DNA of 64,000 bases from Clostridium sp. CAG:793 (GTDB lineage: Bacteria; Bacillota; Clostridia; TANB77; CAG-508): positions 133,357 through 197,356 of the forward strand of contig HF993646.1 of the NCBI GenBank assembly GCA_000433915.1, written 5' to 3'. The notes below the pieces were generated by a model. It saw only the letters and a list, made by a program, of their open reading frames with translations, did no database searches and was not told the DNA's origin. The position numbers and the translations under genes are program-made. Below, piece after piece: positions 28,642-38,344 of the stretch. Numbering within the stretch: position 1 is the first letter of the stretch; each line of letters opens with the position of its first letter.

Positions 28642-29891
28642 TATCCAATTACCTCTTGTATTGATTCTTTTACAATATTTAAACCTTTTAATAATAATTC
28701 ATCTTCAATTACTAATGATGGCATTATTTTTAGAACAGAGTCATAGCTTCCTGCAAGTTCAATTATTAGTTTCTTTTCAAAACATTTATCTAATACTGCC
28801 CTTGCTAGTTTTCCATCATTAAATTCTATTCCCCATGATAGACCTATTCCTCTAATTTCCATTTTGCCTTTTAGTAAAGGTTTAATCTCTTTATCTAGAT
28901 ATTCTTTTACGATTTTCTCTTTTCTTCTTACTTGTGCTGGTATGTCTTGCTCAACAGTCATTTCAAGAGCAGCTAGTCCTGCTACCATTGAAAGCTGGCA
29001 TCCTCTAAATGTTCCATTATGTTCTCCTGGTTTGAATACATCAAGTTCTTTTTTAAATAGTGTTACTGCAAATGGTATGCCATATCCCCCTATTGATTTT
29101 GACATGCATACTATATCAGGTACAATGTCAGCTCTTTCAAATGAGAAGAAAGTACCACTTCTTGAGCATCCTATTTGTACTTCATCACAAATAAGTAGGA
29201 TATCATATTTATCGCATAAAGCTCGTAAATCTTTTAAAAATTCTTTGCTAAATACGTGTATTCCACCTTCTTGCTGAACAGTTTCTATTATTATTGCTGC
29301 TGGTTTTTCATATCCAGAATGATCATCACTTAATAATTGTTCCATGTATGCAATAGAGTCAAAATTTCCACCCATTGAATATGGTGCTGGAATGTGTACT
29401 GTGTAATTAAGTGGAACTCCTGCAGCTTTACGAGCAGCTGATTCTGTTGTTAAAGCTAAAGCTCCTAATGTCATTCCATGGAATGCTCCTGTAAATGCCC
29501 ATATATATGGCCTTTGCTTTACTTTACGTGCCAATTTTAATGCAAGCTCTATAGAATTTGTTCCTGTTGGACCAGGAAATGCAATTTTATAGTCTAGTTT
29601 TCTTGGCTTTAATATTTTCTCTTCAAAATAATTTATAAAATTTTCTTTTGGAACTGTATACATATCAAGTGCATGTACAATTCCATCGCTTTCTAAATAT
29701 TTTATTAATTTTTCTTTGATATAATCAGGATTGTGTCCATAATTTAATGCTCCTGCTCCATCAAAAAAATCTATATATTCATTGCCTTCTGTATCTTTAT
29801 AAATAGAGCCTTTAGCAGATACAAATTCAACAGGCCATTTTCTGCAATAACTTCTTATATTTGATTCATATTTTTCAAATGTTTCGTTCAT
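28641..29891 (-). CDS. class-III aminotransferase, diaminobutyrate-2-oxoglutarate transaminase (EctB/Dat) family
   Basis: 416 aa that tracks EctB along its length by eye: YESNIRSYCRKWPVEF, IDFFDGAGALNYGHN, PGPTGTNSIE, ICDEVQIGCSRSGTFFSFE, SKSIGGYG. Its stop overlaps the murT start (TAATG). Confidence 0.85.
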   Translation of the reverse strand: MNETFEKYESNIRSYCRKWPVEFVSAKGSIYKDTEGNEYIDFFDGAGALNYGHNPDYIKEKLIKYLESDGIVHALDMYTVPKENFINYFEEKILKPRKLDYKIAFPGPTGTNSIELALKLARKVKQRPYIWAFTGAFHGMTLGALALTTESAARKAAGVPLNYTVHIPAPYSMGGNFDSIAYMEQLLSDDHSGYEKPAAIIIETVQQEGGIHVFSKEFLKDLRALCDKYDILLICDEVQIGCSRSGTFFSFERADIVPDIVCMSKSIGGYGIPFAVTLFKKELDVFKPGEHNGTFRGCQLSMVAGLAALEMTVEQDIPAQVRRKEKIVKEYLDKEIKPLLKGKMEIRGIGLSWGIEFNDGKLARAVLDKCFEKKLIIELAGSYDSVLKIMPSLVIEDELLLKGLNIVKESIQEVIG

Positions 29892-29984
29892 AGTTTATAT
29901 CCTTTCTTTTCTGTTCTAATCGATTACATTTTATTACAAATTTGTAATGAATACAAGACTTTATAATAAAAAACTTCTAATAGA

Positions 29985-30011
29985 AAAAGTAGCATTTTAA
30001 GTGCTACTTTT
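29985..30011. terminator. bidirectional hairpin terminator
   Basis: AAAAGTAGCA, a 7-nt loop, TGCTACTTTT. Confidence 0.65.
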
Positions 30012-30115
30012 ATCCTATTTTTCTTTTTTGAGCTATATTTGTAAGAACTATAAATATTATTGCAAATCCTATCATTATTACCATGTTTGTAATTATTGGT
30101 TTTAATGTTTCGAAA

Positions 30116-30412
30116 TTAAACATTAGTATAGTACAAAATTTCTTTTCCAAGTTTTTTAGCATATTCAATTTCCAGTTTTGTACTTTCTCCTATATAGTTA
30201 TTTACATTTACTACAAAAATAGCATCTGATAATTCTATCTTTTTAAAATGAGCTTCCCTTAGTTTTATTAATTGCTCTTTAGTCCTTACACTATTCTCAG
30301 ATGTTGGGTAGACTGGTGTAAGAACACAATCTCCTAATAAAGCCAAGTTTTCTGCTACTTCCATCATTTCTTTTTTAAATCTTAAACTCCCACATAAAGT
30401 TACTATTTTCAT
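30116..30412 (-). CDS. hypothetical 98-aa protein
   Basis: ORF with an AAAGGA SD-like element, 15 nt downstream of the hydrolase gene. No confident family call. Confidence 0.6.
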   Translation of the reverse strand: MKIVTLCGSLRFKKEMMEVAENLALLGDCVLTPVYPTSENSVRTKEQLIKLREAHFKKIELSDAIFVVNVNNYIGESTKLEIEYAKKLGKEILYYTNV

Positions 30413-30427
30413 AAAATTTACTGTCCT

Positions 30428-31417
30428 TTATTTTAAAAATTCAAATATTTTATTATAATATGTTTCAGGCTCTTTATATCTTGATTCAGTATGTCCTGCG
30501 CCTTGTATAATTAGTTTTTCTTTCTTACAATTAGCCGCATTATATAATTGTTCACACATATATTCAGGAACAAAATCGTCGCTATCTCCATGTATAAACA
30601 ATATTGGAATGTTTGCTTTTTTCACTTGTTCAAGTGCAGATGCTTTTTTTATATCATATTTTGCTCTAAAATTTGCAACTATTTCAAACATATTTAATAC
30701 TGGAAACTCTGGTAATCCAAATCTAACCTTCGCTTCTGATGCAAATATATCCCATACTGATGTATATCCACTATCTTCAATTATTGCTTTTACGTTACTT
30801 GGTAAATCATCTCCTGATGCCATTAATACTGTTGCAGCTCCCATTGATGATCCATGTAATACGATATTGGCATTATTATTTTGCTCTATAATTTTATTTA
30901 TCCAGCATTGCAAATCATCTTTATCTAGCCATCCCATTCCAATGTATTCGCCTTCGCTTTCTCCTGTTGCTCTCATATATGGAATTAGCACATTATAACC
31001 TTCTTCTGAAAAATGTCTTCCTATAGATATTACTGAGTCTGGGCTTGAACGATAGCCATGTAAAATAATTGCCCAGTCATTTGATTTCTCATCTTTTATG
31101 TACTCTGTTCCTTTTAAAATAATTCCATCTTTTGCAGTAACTTCAACTTTTTCGCTATTTATAGTTTCTATCCATTGTTCTGCAAGTTGTTTTTCTTCTG
31201 TGCGATTATTATTAATTATTTTTTCTGCTTCATTGTCTATATTGGCAACTTCTATTGAATCTTTGTTTTTTACTTCTCTATCTCCACCGTTTCCGGTTCT
31301 TAAAATTGCATAATTAACAAAATAATTTCCAACACAAACTGTTATTATTATGCTAATTATGATTATAGCCAATATGACAATTAATATTCTTTTTAATACC
31401 TTTGATTTATTATTCAT
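30428..31417 (-). CDS. membrane-anchored alpha/beta hydrolase
   Basis: N-terminal TM, nucleophile elbow GSSMG, and IHGDSDDFVP and GAGHTES motifs. AAGGAG SD. Confidence 0.85.
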   Translation of the reverse strand: MNNKSKVLKRILIVILAIIIISIIITVCVGNYFVNYAILRTGNGGDREVKNKDSIEVANIDNEAEKIINNNRTEEKQLAEQWIETINSEKVEVTAKDGIILKGTEYIKDEKSNDWAIILHGYRSSPDSVISIGRHFSEEGYNVLIPYMRATGESEGEYIGMGWLDKDDLQCWINKIIEQNNNANIVLHGSSMGAATVLMASGDDLPSNVKAIIEDSGYTSVWDIFASEAKVRFGLPEFPVLNMFEIVANFRAKYDIKKASALEQVKKANIPILFIHGDSDDFVPEYMCEQLYNAANCKKEKLIIQGAGHTESRYKEPETYYNKIFEFLK

Positions 31418-31500
31418 ATGAGTCTCCTTTTATAAATTTTTGTACATTGTATCATAAAATTTATATTATTGTTTAAATTTGACCCACTAGTATAAATACA

Positions 31501-32133
31501 TTATTTTATTAAAATTACACCTTTTATTTCTGAATTTAAAAGATTTATAAAATTTCTAGCATCTTGCTCTGTTCCAACTATACTTCCATAATGTATTGGA
31601 ACTGCTATTTTAGGCTTTATTTCATTTATTAGTTGTGCAGCTTCTTTAAAGTCCATTGTGTATGTTCCACCAACCGGAACAAAAGCTACATCACATTTTA
31701 CTTTTCTATTTTCATCAGTTATATCTGTATCTCCTGCAACATAATATTTAACATTATTTATTGTAATAATATACCCTAACCAGTTATTTTCCTTTGGGTG
31801 GAATTTTTTATTTATATTGTATGCAGGTATAGTATTAAAATTAATTCCTTGCGTTTCATATTCTTTATTTGGTTCTGCTACAATTATTGCATTTTTATTT
31901 ATTCCTTTTTTTAATAATTTTTTTAATAAATCTTTAGATATTACAATAGTTGTGTCTTCTTTTATAACTTTGTCTATATCTTCTTCTGAATAATGGTCGT
32001 AATGATCATGTGTTATAAAAATAATATCCGCATCATTATAGTTTTTGTTTATTTTAAATGGATCTATGTAGATTACTTTTTCTTTATTAATTCTTATACT
32101 ACTATGGCATAAAACTTCTATGTTTTCTAACAT
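31501..32133 (-). CDS. MBL-fold metallo-hydrolase
   Basis: ITHDHYDHY metal-binding motif. 210 aa with AAGGAGAG SD. Confidence 0.85.
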   Translation of the reverse strand: MLENIEVLCHSSIRINKEKVIYIDPFKINKNYNDADIIFITHDHYDHYSEEDIDKVIKEDTTIVISKDLLKKLLKKGINKNAIIVAEPNKEYETQGINFNTIPAYNINKKFHPKENNWLGYIITINNVKYYVAGDTDITDENRKVKCDVAFVPVGGTYTMDFKEAAQLINEIKPKIAVPIHYGSIVGTEQDARNFINLLNSEIKGVILIK

Positions 32134-32163
32134 TATAGCTCTCCTTTTATTTGCTCTATATAT

Positions 32164-32802
32164 TTATTTTTCTATTATGAATTTATTAACCGCGCTTATG
32201 AATATAACTAGATATGATATTGAAATAAGAAATCCACCTAAAACATCACTTGTGTAATGTACTCCTAAATAAATTCTACTTATTCCAATTGTACATATTA
32301 ATAGACTTAAAACTACAATAGAAATCCATTTGATATATTTATTTTTTACATATTTATAAATCAAATATATTAAATATCCGTAAAAAGCCATGCTTATCAT
32401 GGAATGTCCTGATGGAAAACTATATCCTGTTTCTTCAATTATTCTATATTCTGTTGGTCTTGGTCTTTGTAATATTCCTTTTAATAATTGATTTAGTATT
32501 GTTACTATAACTAAGTTTGAAAATATTGATACTCCTATTTTCTTATTTTTTATCACTACAAACAATACTATTGTTAGTACTATTAAAAATATTGCTCCTC
32601 CAAAGTTGGTGATAAACTTTGCTATTGGTGTTACAAAATCTGATATTAAAAATTTGGATATTATCTCATATCCTATTATATCACCATTCATTATTTCTTT
32701 GTGAAATACATCTTCTGCTAGAGCTAAAAATCCAATTAAGCAAATAAATAATATGATCCATTTTAAATTTTTTGTAATAAATTCTTTTATTTTGTCTTTC
32801 AT
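32164..32802 (-). CDS. PAP2-family phosphatase (membrane)
   Basis: KGILQRPRP, PSGH and SRIYLGVHYTSD signature motifs. Confidence 0.88.
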   Translation of the reverse strand: MKDKIKEFITKNLKWIILFICLIGFLALAEDVFHKEIMNGDIIGYEIISKFLISDFVTPIAKFITNFGGAIFLIVLTIVLFVVIKNKKIGVSIFSNLVIVTILNQLLKGILQRPRPTEYRIIEETGYSFPSGHSMISMAFYGYLIYLIYKYVKNKYIKWISIVVLSLLICTIGISRIYLGVHYTSDVLGGFLISISYLVIFISAVNKFIIEK

Positions 32803-32926
32803 TTTTACCTCTTATAATCTTTTTGTTATTAATATATTATCATAAATGCTTAACTTCTTTCAAGATTATTTAGCTATTAATTCATTCGTAAAAAAATCAG
32901 CTCCATTTTTTATTGGAGCCAACTTC

Positions 32927-33481
32927 TCATTCTATATTTATAGTCTTTATAATTTTAATTATCTCGTCATTATCATTTTTCTGTAGATTTCGATTAATTA
33001 TTGCTATATTATGATTCATCTCTGCGAATGAAATATCTATCCATTCATCACTATTTCCATAATATCCTACAACTGCTTGTTTTCCGTTGTTCAATGTTAT
33101 ATTTTTGGATGTTCTTTCACTTCCGCAAACGCCGAAATTCTCTTTATAAAAATATAATATCGCACATTGTTCTTCATTACTTTTGAATAACTTTAAAGCA
33201 TATATATAGTCATCATTTTCTGCTGCTTGAATCTCTTTATAATTCCAGCCATTCATAATATCCAGTTCTATTGTAGTATCTCCAACTGTTTTAGAATATT
33301 TTTGATAATTTTCTTCAGTTGCATTATCATTTTGATTTGTTTTTACTATTGCTGAATATTTTTTACCCCAAGTTCCGAATATTACTTCTTCTCCATTTTT
33401 CATTTTGTTGAAGTCAATTAAATACATTGTTACGACGATTCCTATCAGTATAATTACTAGTATAATTATTATTTTTTTCAT
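32927..33481 (-). CDS. hypothetical membrane-anchored extracytoplasmic protein, co-transcribed with the sigma factor
   Basis: Start moved to the ATG at 33481 (AGGTGG 5 nt upstream), 21 nt after the sigma gene stop. Confidence 0.7.
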   Translation of the reverse strand: MKKIIIILVIILIGIVVTMYLIDFNKMKNGEEVIFGTWGKKYSAIVKTNQNDNATEENYQKYSKTVGDTTIELDIMNGWNYKEIQAAENDDYIYALKLFKSNEEQCAILYFYKENFGVCGSERTSKNITLNNGKQAVVGYYGNSDEWIDISFAEMNHNIAIINRNLQKNDNDEIIKIIKTINIE

Positions 33482-33502
33482 ATATGCCACCTAACCTTTC
33501 TA

Positions 33503-34369
33503 CTATTTAGACAAATTTTTCTTAAGTTTTAGTTGGTATTTTGCAAAAATAATTGAAAAAATTATCGTTAGCATTAAAAATACTGTTGAAATTCCCATCA
33601 ATCCTATTGCAGGGTAATTTACTTCATTTTCATTAGTTTCTTCGATAATAGTTGTATTAATTTCTTCTTGTGAATTTTGTTGTGTATTCTCACTTTTTTC
33701 ATATTGCTGTTTTTGATTTTCATCAGCAGCAATTACAATATTCTCTATTACATTTTCTTCTTGAATTGGAGATATAATTTTTTTTGTGCTTTTTAAAGCA
33801 TATATGCTTGATATAAATGAAATGATAAACATAGTCAGATTGCTTAATAGCAATTTTAATGTATTTATTGCTTTATAATATCTCCATTTTACTGTTCCTG
33901 TTGGCATATTTAAAATTTTGCCTATTTCTTCAAATGAAAAGTTTGAAATTATTTTTAGTGAAATAATTTCTTTTTCATTATCATTTAGTTTACTAATTAA
34001 TCTGTTATAATTTTCTTGATCGATTATTTTACTTATTTCTTGATTATTGTCTTCAATTTCATATATATCGTCTAAATTAATATTATTCCTATTGCTTTTA
34101 AAATAATTTAATGTTTCGTTTTTAGTAACAGAATATATCCAACTAGTCTCATTTTTTGTAGGAAGATTTTCTTTATCCATTGAATATATTTTTTCAAATA
34201 CAAGTTGCATTACATCTTCTGCGTCGCTTTTATTTTTTAATATACTATACGCAATTTTATATATTAATTTACTGTATTTACTATAAAGTTCTTCAAATGC
34301 AGTATTGTTATTATTTTTTATTTTTGCAAATAAATTTTTTAACTCTTTTACATTTATTTTTTCTGACAT
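33503..34369 (-). CDS. ECF-type sigma-70 factor fused to a C-terminal membrane-spanning extension
   Basis: Start moved to 34369 (GAAAGGA 6 nt upstream). Region 2 reads DAEDVMQLVFEKIY and region 4 reads SFEEIGKILNMPTGTVKWRYYKAINTLK. Two hydrophobic segments are separated by an acidic/Gln-rich linker. Confidence 0.8.
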   Translation of the reverse strand: MSEKINVKELKNLFAKIKNNNNTAFEELYSKYSKLIYKIAYSILKNKSDAEDVMQLVFEKIYSMDKENLPTKNETSWIYSVTKNETLNYFKSNRNNINLDDIYEIEDNNQEISKIIDQENYNRLISKLNDNEKEIISLKIISNFSFEEIGKILNMPTGTVKWRYYKAINTLKLLLSNLTMFIISFISSIYALKSTKKIISPIQEENVIENIVIAADENQKQQYEKSENTQQNSQEEINTTIIEETNENEVNYPAIGLMGISTVFLMLTIIFSIIFAKYQLKLKKNLSK

Positions 34370-34425
34370 ATGTAGTCCTTTCATTTTTTATATTTATAGC
34401 ATATCTCAAAAATAGTATTTTACAT

Positions 34426-35622
34426 TTATAAATCGTTCTCATTTTTTATTATCATTCCATTTTTATCAATTCTAAAATTTCTATGAAACATCATATTTAT
34501 GGTAAGAAATTGATATATTGATGATGTCACTTGTCCTATCCCAGTACAATATGGTGTTTTTAATAGTGACATTATCATTCTTAAAATTCCAGCAAATAAT
34601 TTGTTAGATGTTACTTTTATTTCAAACTTTTCTAACTGCAAATAACATGTTTTTATACTATAAACTGGATACAATACAAAATTAAGCAATTCAAAGCTTA
34701 AATAAATAGCAGTAATTTTTAAATCCAAATTATAATATCTAAAAGAAACTACAAGCATTATGAAAACAGTTGTAAGTAAAATGCCTAATAATTTATATGC
34801 ATTTACTTTATGATCTTTATAATAAAATTGTTCTTTACTTATATCTATTTTTGCAACAGTTTTTATAGCCTCAAATGAATCCCATTGTGTATCCGTTATT
34901 AATGCCACAAAATTTAATGCCAGCATATATTTTTCTCCAAATTTTAATGCATTACTTAGTCCAAATAGAAATATTAGAAAAAATAGTATATTATTGCATA
35001 TTTCAACGGATTCATACTTACAGCAATTTAAAATATTAATTTGAAACTTAAACTTTTTATACTGTTTTATTATAACATAAACCGTATATATTAATATTGC
35101 TATTAGTGTAGTAACTACTATTTGTATCTTATCTTTTAATATTATTGAGGATAAGATCAATATCACAAAATTTAATAAATTGAATCTCATGCAATATTTA
35201 TTAGCCAATTTTTCTTTATTTTCAAAGTATAGTTTTTCTAATACAGAAGAAAATATCAAATGTATATATAATTGCAAAATTGAATATACAGCAAATTCTT
35301 TATATGTATCATAATCCATATTCATAAATTCTACATATTTTTTCACATTGATAGCAAATATTCCAAATACAACAAATCCTACTATTATTCCAAGTGTCAT
35401 TCCTGATAATACAGCATTTTCATTTTTATCTTTTTCTTTACTTATATTTGCTCCCGTTGCAAATATACTTTTCATCAATGCCCATATAAATTGTAGTGGA
35501 TATGTAAGTGTAAATACATTTACTAAATTTTTGTCTACAAGTAATCCTAACATAAACCATGACAATATTGGTATCAAAGAAAATATTGCGGAGTTAAAAC
35601 TGATTCTTAATAGTCTTTTCAT
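34426..35622 (-). CDS. polytopic membrane protein, MOP/Wzx-flippase-like
   Basis: 398 aa with about 12 TM segments. AAAGGTAG SD. The family call is weak. Confidence 0.7.
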   Translation of the reverse strand: MKRLLRISFNSAIFSLIPILSWFMLGLLVDKNLVNVFTLTYPLQFIWALMKSIFATGANISKEKDKNENAVLSGMTLGIIVGFVVFGIFAINVKKYVEFMNMDYDTYKEFAVYSILQLYIHLIFSSVLEKLYFENKEKLANKYCMRFNLLNFVILILSSIILKDKIQIVVTTLIAILIYTVYVIIKQYKKFKFQINILNCCKYESVEICNNILFFLIFLFGLSNALKFGEKYMLALNFVALITDTQWDSFEAIKTVAKIDISKEQFYYKDHKVNAYKLLGILLTTVFIMLVVSFRYYNLDLKITAIYLSFELLNFVLYPVYSIKTCYLQLEKFEIKVTSNKLFAGILRMIMSLLKTPYCTGIGQVTSSIYQFLTINMMFHRNFRIDKNGMIIKNENDL

Positions 35623-35663
35623 AATTTTCTACCTTTTAAAATTTCATTTTTTGTTCTATATGA

Positions 35664-36242
35664 CTAAATTTCTTTTTCTATTTCACACATAATATCATTT
35701 AAAACTTGTTCTCTATTCTCTGATGTATCATAATATTTAATCCTATATTCAGGGCATTCTTTTTTTAACATTTCGTTTGCAGAATACCAATCAATAGCAT
35801 GTTTTTTTAGATATTCTCTTGACAATCCAAATGTCCAATCCTTTTCAATATCGTGTTCAATACAAAGTTCTACCATTTCATCTACATTTAAATTACCAAG
35901 TCCAAGACATACAACAATAGTTTTTTTAAAATCAATCATTTCTTTAACTATTTTAGGATGTAATTGCCCACTTTCTAATATATAACCATAATGATTTTTA
36001 TCTTTTGAAATAGAAGAATTAAAAAACTCTAATAATGTTTTTTGAAAATATTCTCCGTGTTCAAACTCTTTTTGTTTATCAACATTGGTCCTGTAATATT
36101 TTTCTTTGTCTTCTGCTCTAATCATTGCCCATTTTAGTGAATCACTATGTATTAAGTTATAACTATTGTATTTATCTTTTAACATCTCGCTTAATGTAGT
36201 TTTTCCTGCTCTACCTATTCCCATTATTAAGATATTTTTCAT
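35664..36242 (-). CDS. P-loop NTPase / small-molecule kinase-like protein
   Basis: Start moved to 36242 (MKNILIMGIGRAGKTT). Its GGAG SD lies across the stop codon of the upstream MFS gene. Confidence 0.75.
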   Translation of the reverse strand: MKNILIMGIGRAGKTTLSEMLKDKYNSYNLIHSDSLKWAMIRAEDKEKYYRTNVDKQKEFEHGEYFQKTLLEFFNSSISKDKNHYGYILESGQLHPKIVKEMIDFKKTIVVCLGLGNLNVDEMVELCIEHDIEKDWTFGLSREYLKKHAIDWYSANEMLKKECPEYRIKYYDTSENREQVLNDIMCEIEKEI

Positions 36243-36254
36243 ATTCTTCATCTC

Positions 36255-37478
36255 CTAACTTTCTTGTATCATTCTATATAAATATAAACTAATAAATATT
36301 TCAATAACTGATAAAATTATTAAAATTATTATTACTACAATCATTGGATTATTAACCAAAATTACTGTAAAACTTAAACTCATAATTGCTCTTACAATTT
36401 TTCTTAATAAATCTAATGTAGTAAGTAATGATTGTTGTTGTTCTTTTTCTGCTTTTTTTAAGGCTAAATCTTGCATATATACCTTAAAAGGATCTCTTAT
36501 AAATAAAATTATAATATATCCCAAACTCATAATTAATATTTTCAAAATAATTGAGTATGTGATTAAATATCCTCCTACCATTAAGCAAAGAGATAACGAT
36601 AATAAGAATGGTAATAAAAATCCTACTTTGTCTTTGTATTTTTTATGTATTTTATTAAATGAAATATTTGAAATCACTCTCACTATTCTTGATATGCACA
36701 ACATTCCACCTATTATCAATGCAGTTTTTTCAACATTGAAATTTTTTAGCAATTCTTGTTGTATAAATAATTTTCCATTTGATTGTCCTGAATTGACGAT
36801 TGGATAAAAAAGTCCATAGGATATTATTATAGATAAAACAATTTTTGAATAATTTATTTTTTTCAGCTTGTCCTTATTTTCTTTATAAATTTTACTTTTA
36901 ATACAATTATTATTTGAATAATCAATCATATTGAAAGATAACACAAAACAAACAAAGCAAAACGTTATGCAGCCTATCATTGGTAAATAATTATTTATGT
37001 TAAACATAAAACTCGCAACAAACGATATTATCATTGTTGCTATTGCATATATTGTGTTAGCATTGGTTCTAAACTTTATATATTCATTTTCTCTATTTTG
37101 TAATTCCAAATTATTTTTTAATACAACATTTATCATATTTTGAAATGTAAATGCCACTTCATACAATATTTTTCCTATTACTACAATAATGTAATCTGTA
37201 CCTAAAGTTAATAAAATACTTGATATTAAAAGTAATAATGAGCCTAATCTTACAGACTTTGTATTTCCTATTTTCTTGATTATATTAAGTAAAGGTATCT
37301 GAAGTAGTATGCAAGTTATTAGAGAAATGGACGTTAGTGATACAATTTGTGAAGCATTAAAATTTTTAACAACAGTTAAAAACAAAGTATCTATTGCAGC
37401 CCAAAATAATAAATCTCCAGATAACCCTGCAAACCACGGAAATAATTTATTAAATTTTATTAAATTTTGTTCGTTCAT
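36255..37478 (-). CDS. MFS-type transporter
   Basis: About 12 TM segments. The ATG at 37478 is preferred to the track's TTG at 37490, but the start remains uncertain. Confidence 0.75.
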   Translation of the reverse strand: MNEQNLIKFNKLFPWFAGLSGDLLFWAAIDTLFLTVVKNFNASQIVSLTSISLITCILLQIPLLNIIKKIGNTKSVRLGSLLLLISSILLTLGTDYIIVVIGKILYEVAFTFQNMINVVLKNNLELQNRENEYIKFRTNANTIYAIATMIISFVASFMFNINNYLPMIGCITFCFVCFVLSFNMIDYSNNNCIKSKIYKENKDKLKKINYSKIVLSIIISYGLFYPIVNSGQSNGKLFIQQELLKNFNVEKTALIIGGMLCISRIVRVISNISFNKIHKKYKDKVGFLLPFLLSLSLCLMVGGYLITYSIILKILIMSLGYIIILFIRDPFKVYMQDLALKKAEKEQQQSLLTTLDLLRKIVRAIMSLSFTVILVNNPMIVVIIILIILSVIEIFISLYLYRMIQES

Positions 37479-37535
37479 ATCTATACACAATTCTTTCTAT
37501 TTCTAGTAAAATTCCTGTTTCTTCGCTTGTTAATT

Positions 37536-38060
37536 TCATAATTCATACTCCTTTATCTGACAATTTTTTAATCCTCTATTTAAAAATTTGCCATCAGCTA
37601 TCCCATTAAAATAACAGCTAAACGCTTTTGATACTCCACTATGAGCTACTATGAGCACATTTCTGTAGTCTTTTGTTTTTAGTTCATCTAAAAAGCTATA
37701 AACTCTATTAAAAAACACTTTAATATTTTCACTTGTACCATATTGAATAGTTGTATAGTAATTCCAATATTCTTCTCGATTTGTTACTTCAATAGGATGT
37801 CCATTTAAACTACCCGGATCTCGTTCTTTAAGTCTATAATCTATTACTATGTCTTTATTCTCAATATTAATAATATTCGCAGTATGTTTTGCTCTTAATA
37901 ATGGAGAAGATATAATAGTATCATATTCAATATTCTTTATTTTTTCTCTTAATTTTTTAGCTTGTTTCATTCCTGTTTCATTTAAATCTTCATCTTCTCT
38001 ATTATATAGTCCATATAAATTATGATTTACTTCTCCATGTCTTATTAGATATACTTTCAT
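37536..38060 (-). CDS. histidine phosphatase family protein (phosphoglycerate mutase-like)
   Basis: Start moved to 38060 (GGAGA 8 nt upstream). Contains the LIRHGE motif and a distal VAHSG motif. Confidence 0.85.
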   Translation of the reverse strand: MKVYLIRHGEVNHNLYGLYNREDEDLNETGMKQAKKLREKIKNIEYDTIISSPLLRAKHTANIINIENKDIVIDYRLKERDPGSLNGHPIEVTNREEYWNYYTTIQYGTSENIKVFFNRVYSFLDELKTKDYRNVLIVAHSGVSKAFSCYFNGIADGKFLNRGLKNCQIKEYEL

Positions 38061-38344
38061 AAAACTTTTCTCCAAATCTATATATATTTCATCTACATTT
38101 CTTTTGTTGTCTTGATGTAAAAGATAATCCCCTTTCCCATTTCTAATATTTTTTCAAATCTGGCACTTTTAAATTTTTGCAATATATAATCTTCTATATT
38201 ATTTGTTGCATTTTGGTCATTTTATCATAGAATATCCAAAAAAGAAAGCTTATACCTTTCTTTTTATATAATTTATTCTACTTAATTTTCTTTCTTGTTT
38301 TTACATAGTATCTATGCTATAATTACAAACAACCCTTTTTATAA

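Noticed and set aside
30013-30090. 25-codon hydrophobic minus-strand ORF (MVIMIGFAIIFIVLTNIAQKRKIG) between the 98-aa gene and the terminator
   Set aside because: There is no Shine-Dalgarno and the ORF is very short. It cannot be distinguished from chance in AT-rich sequence.
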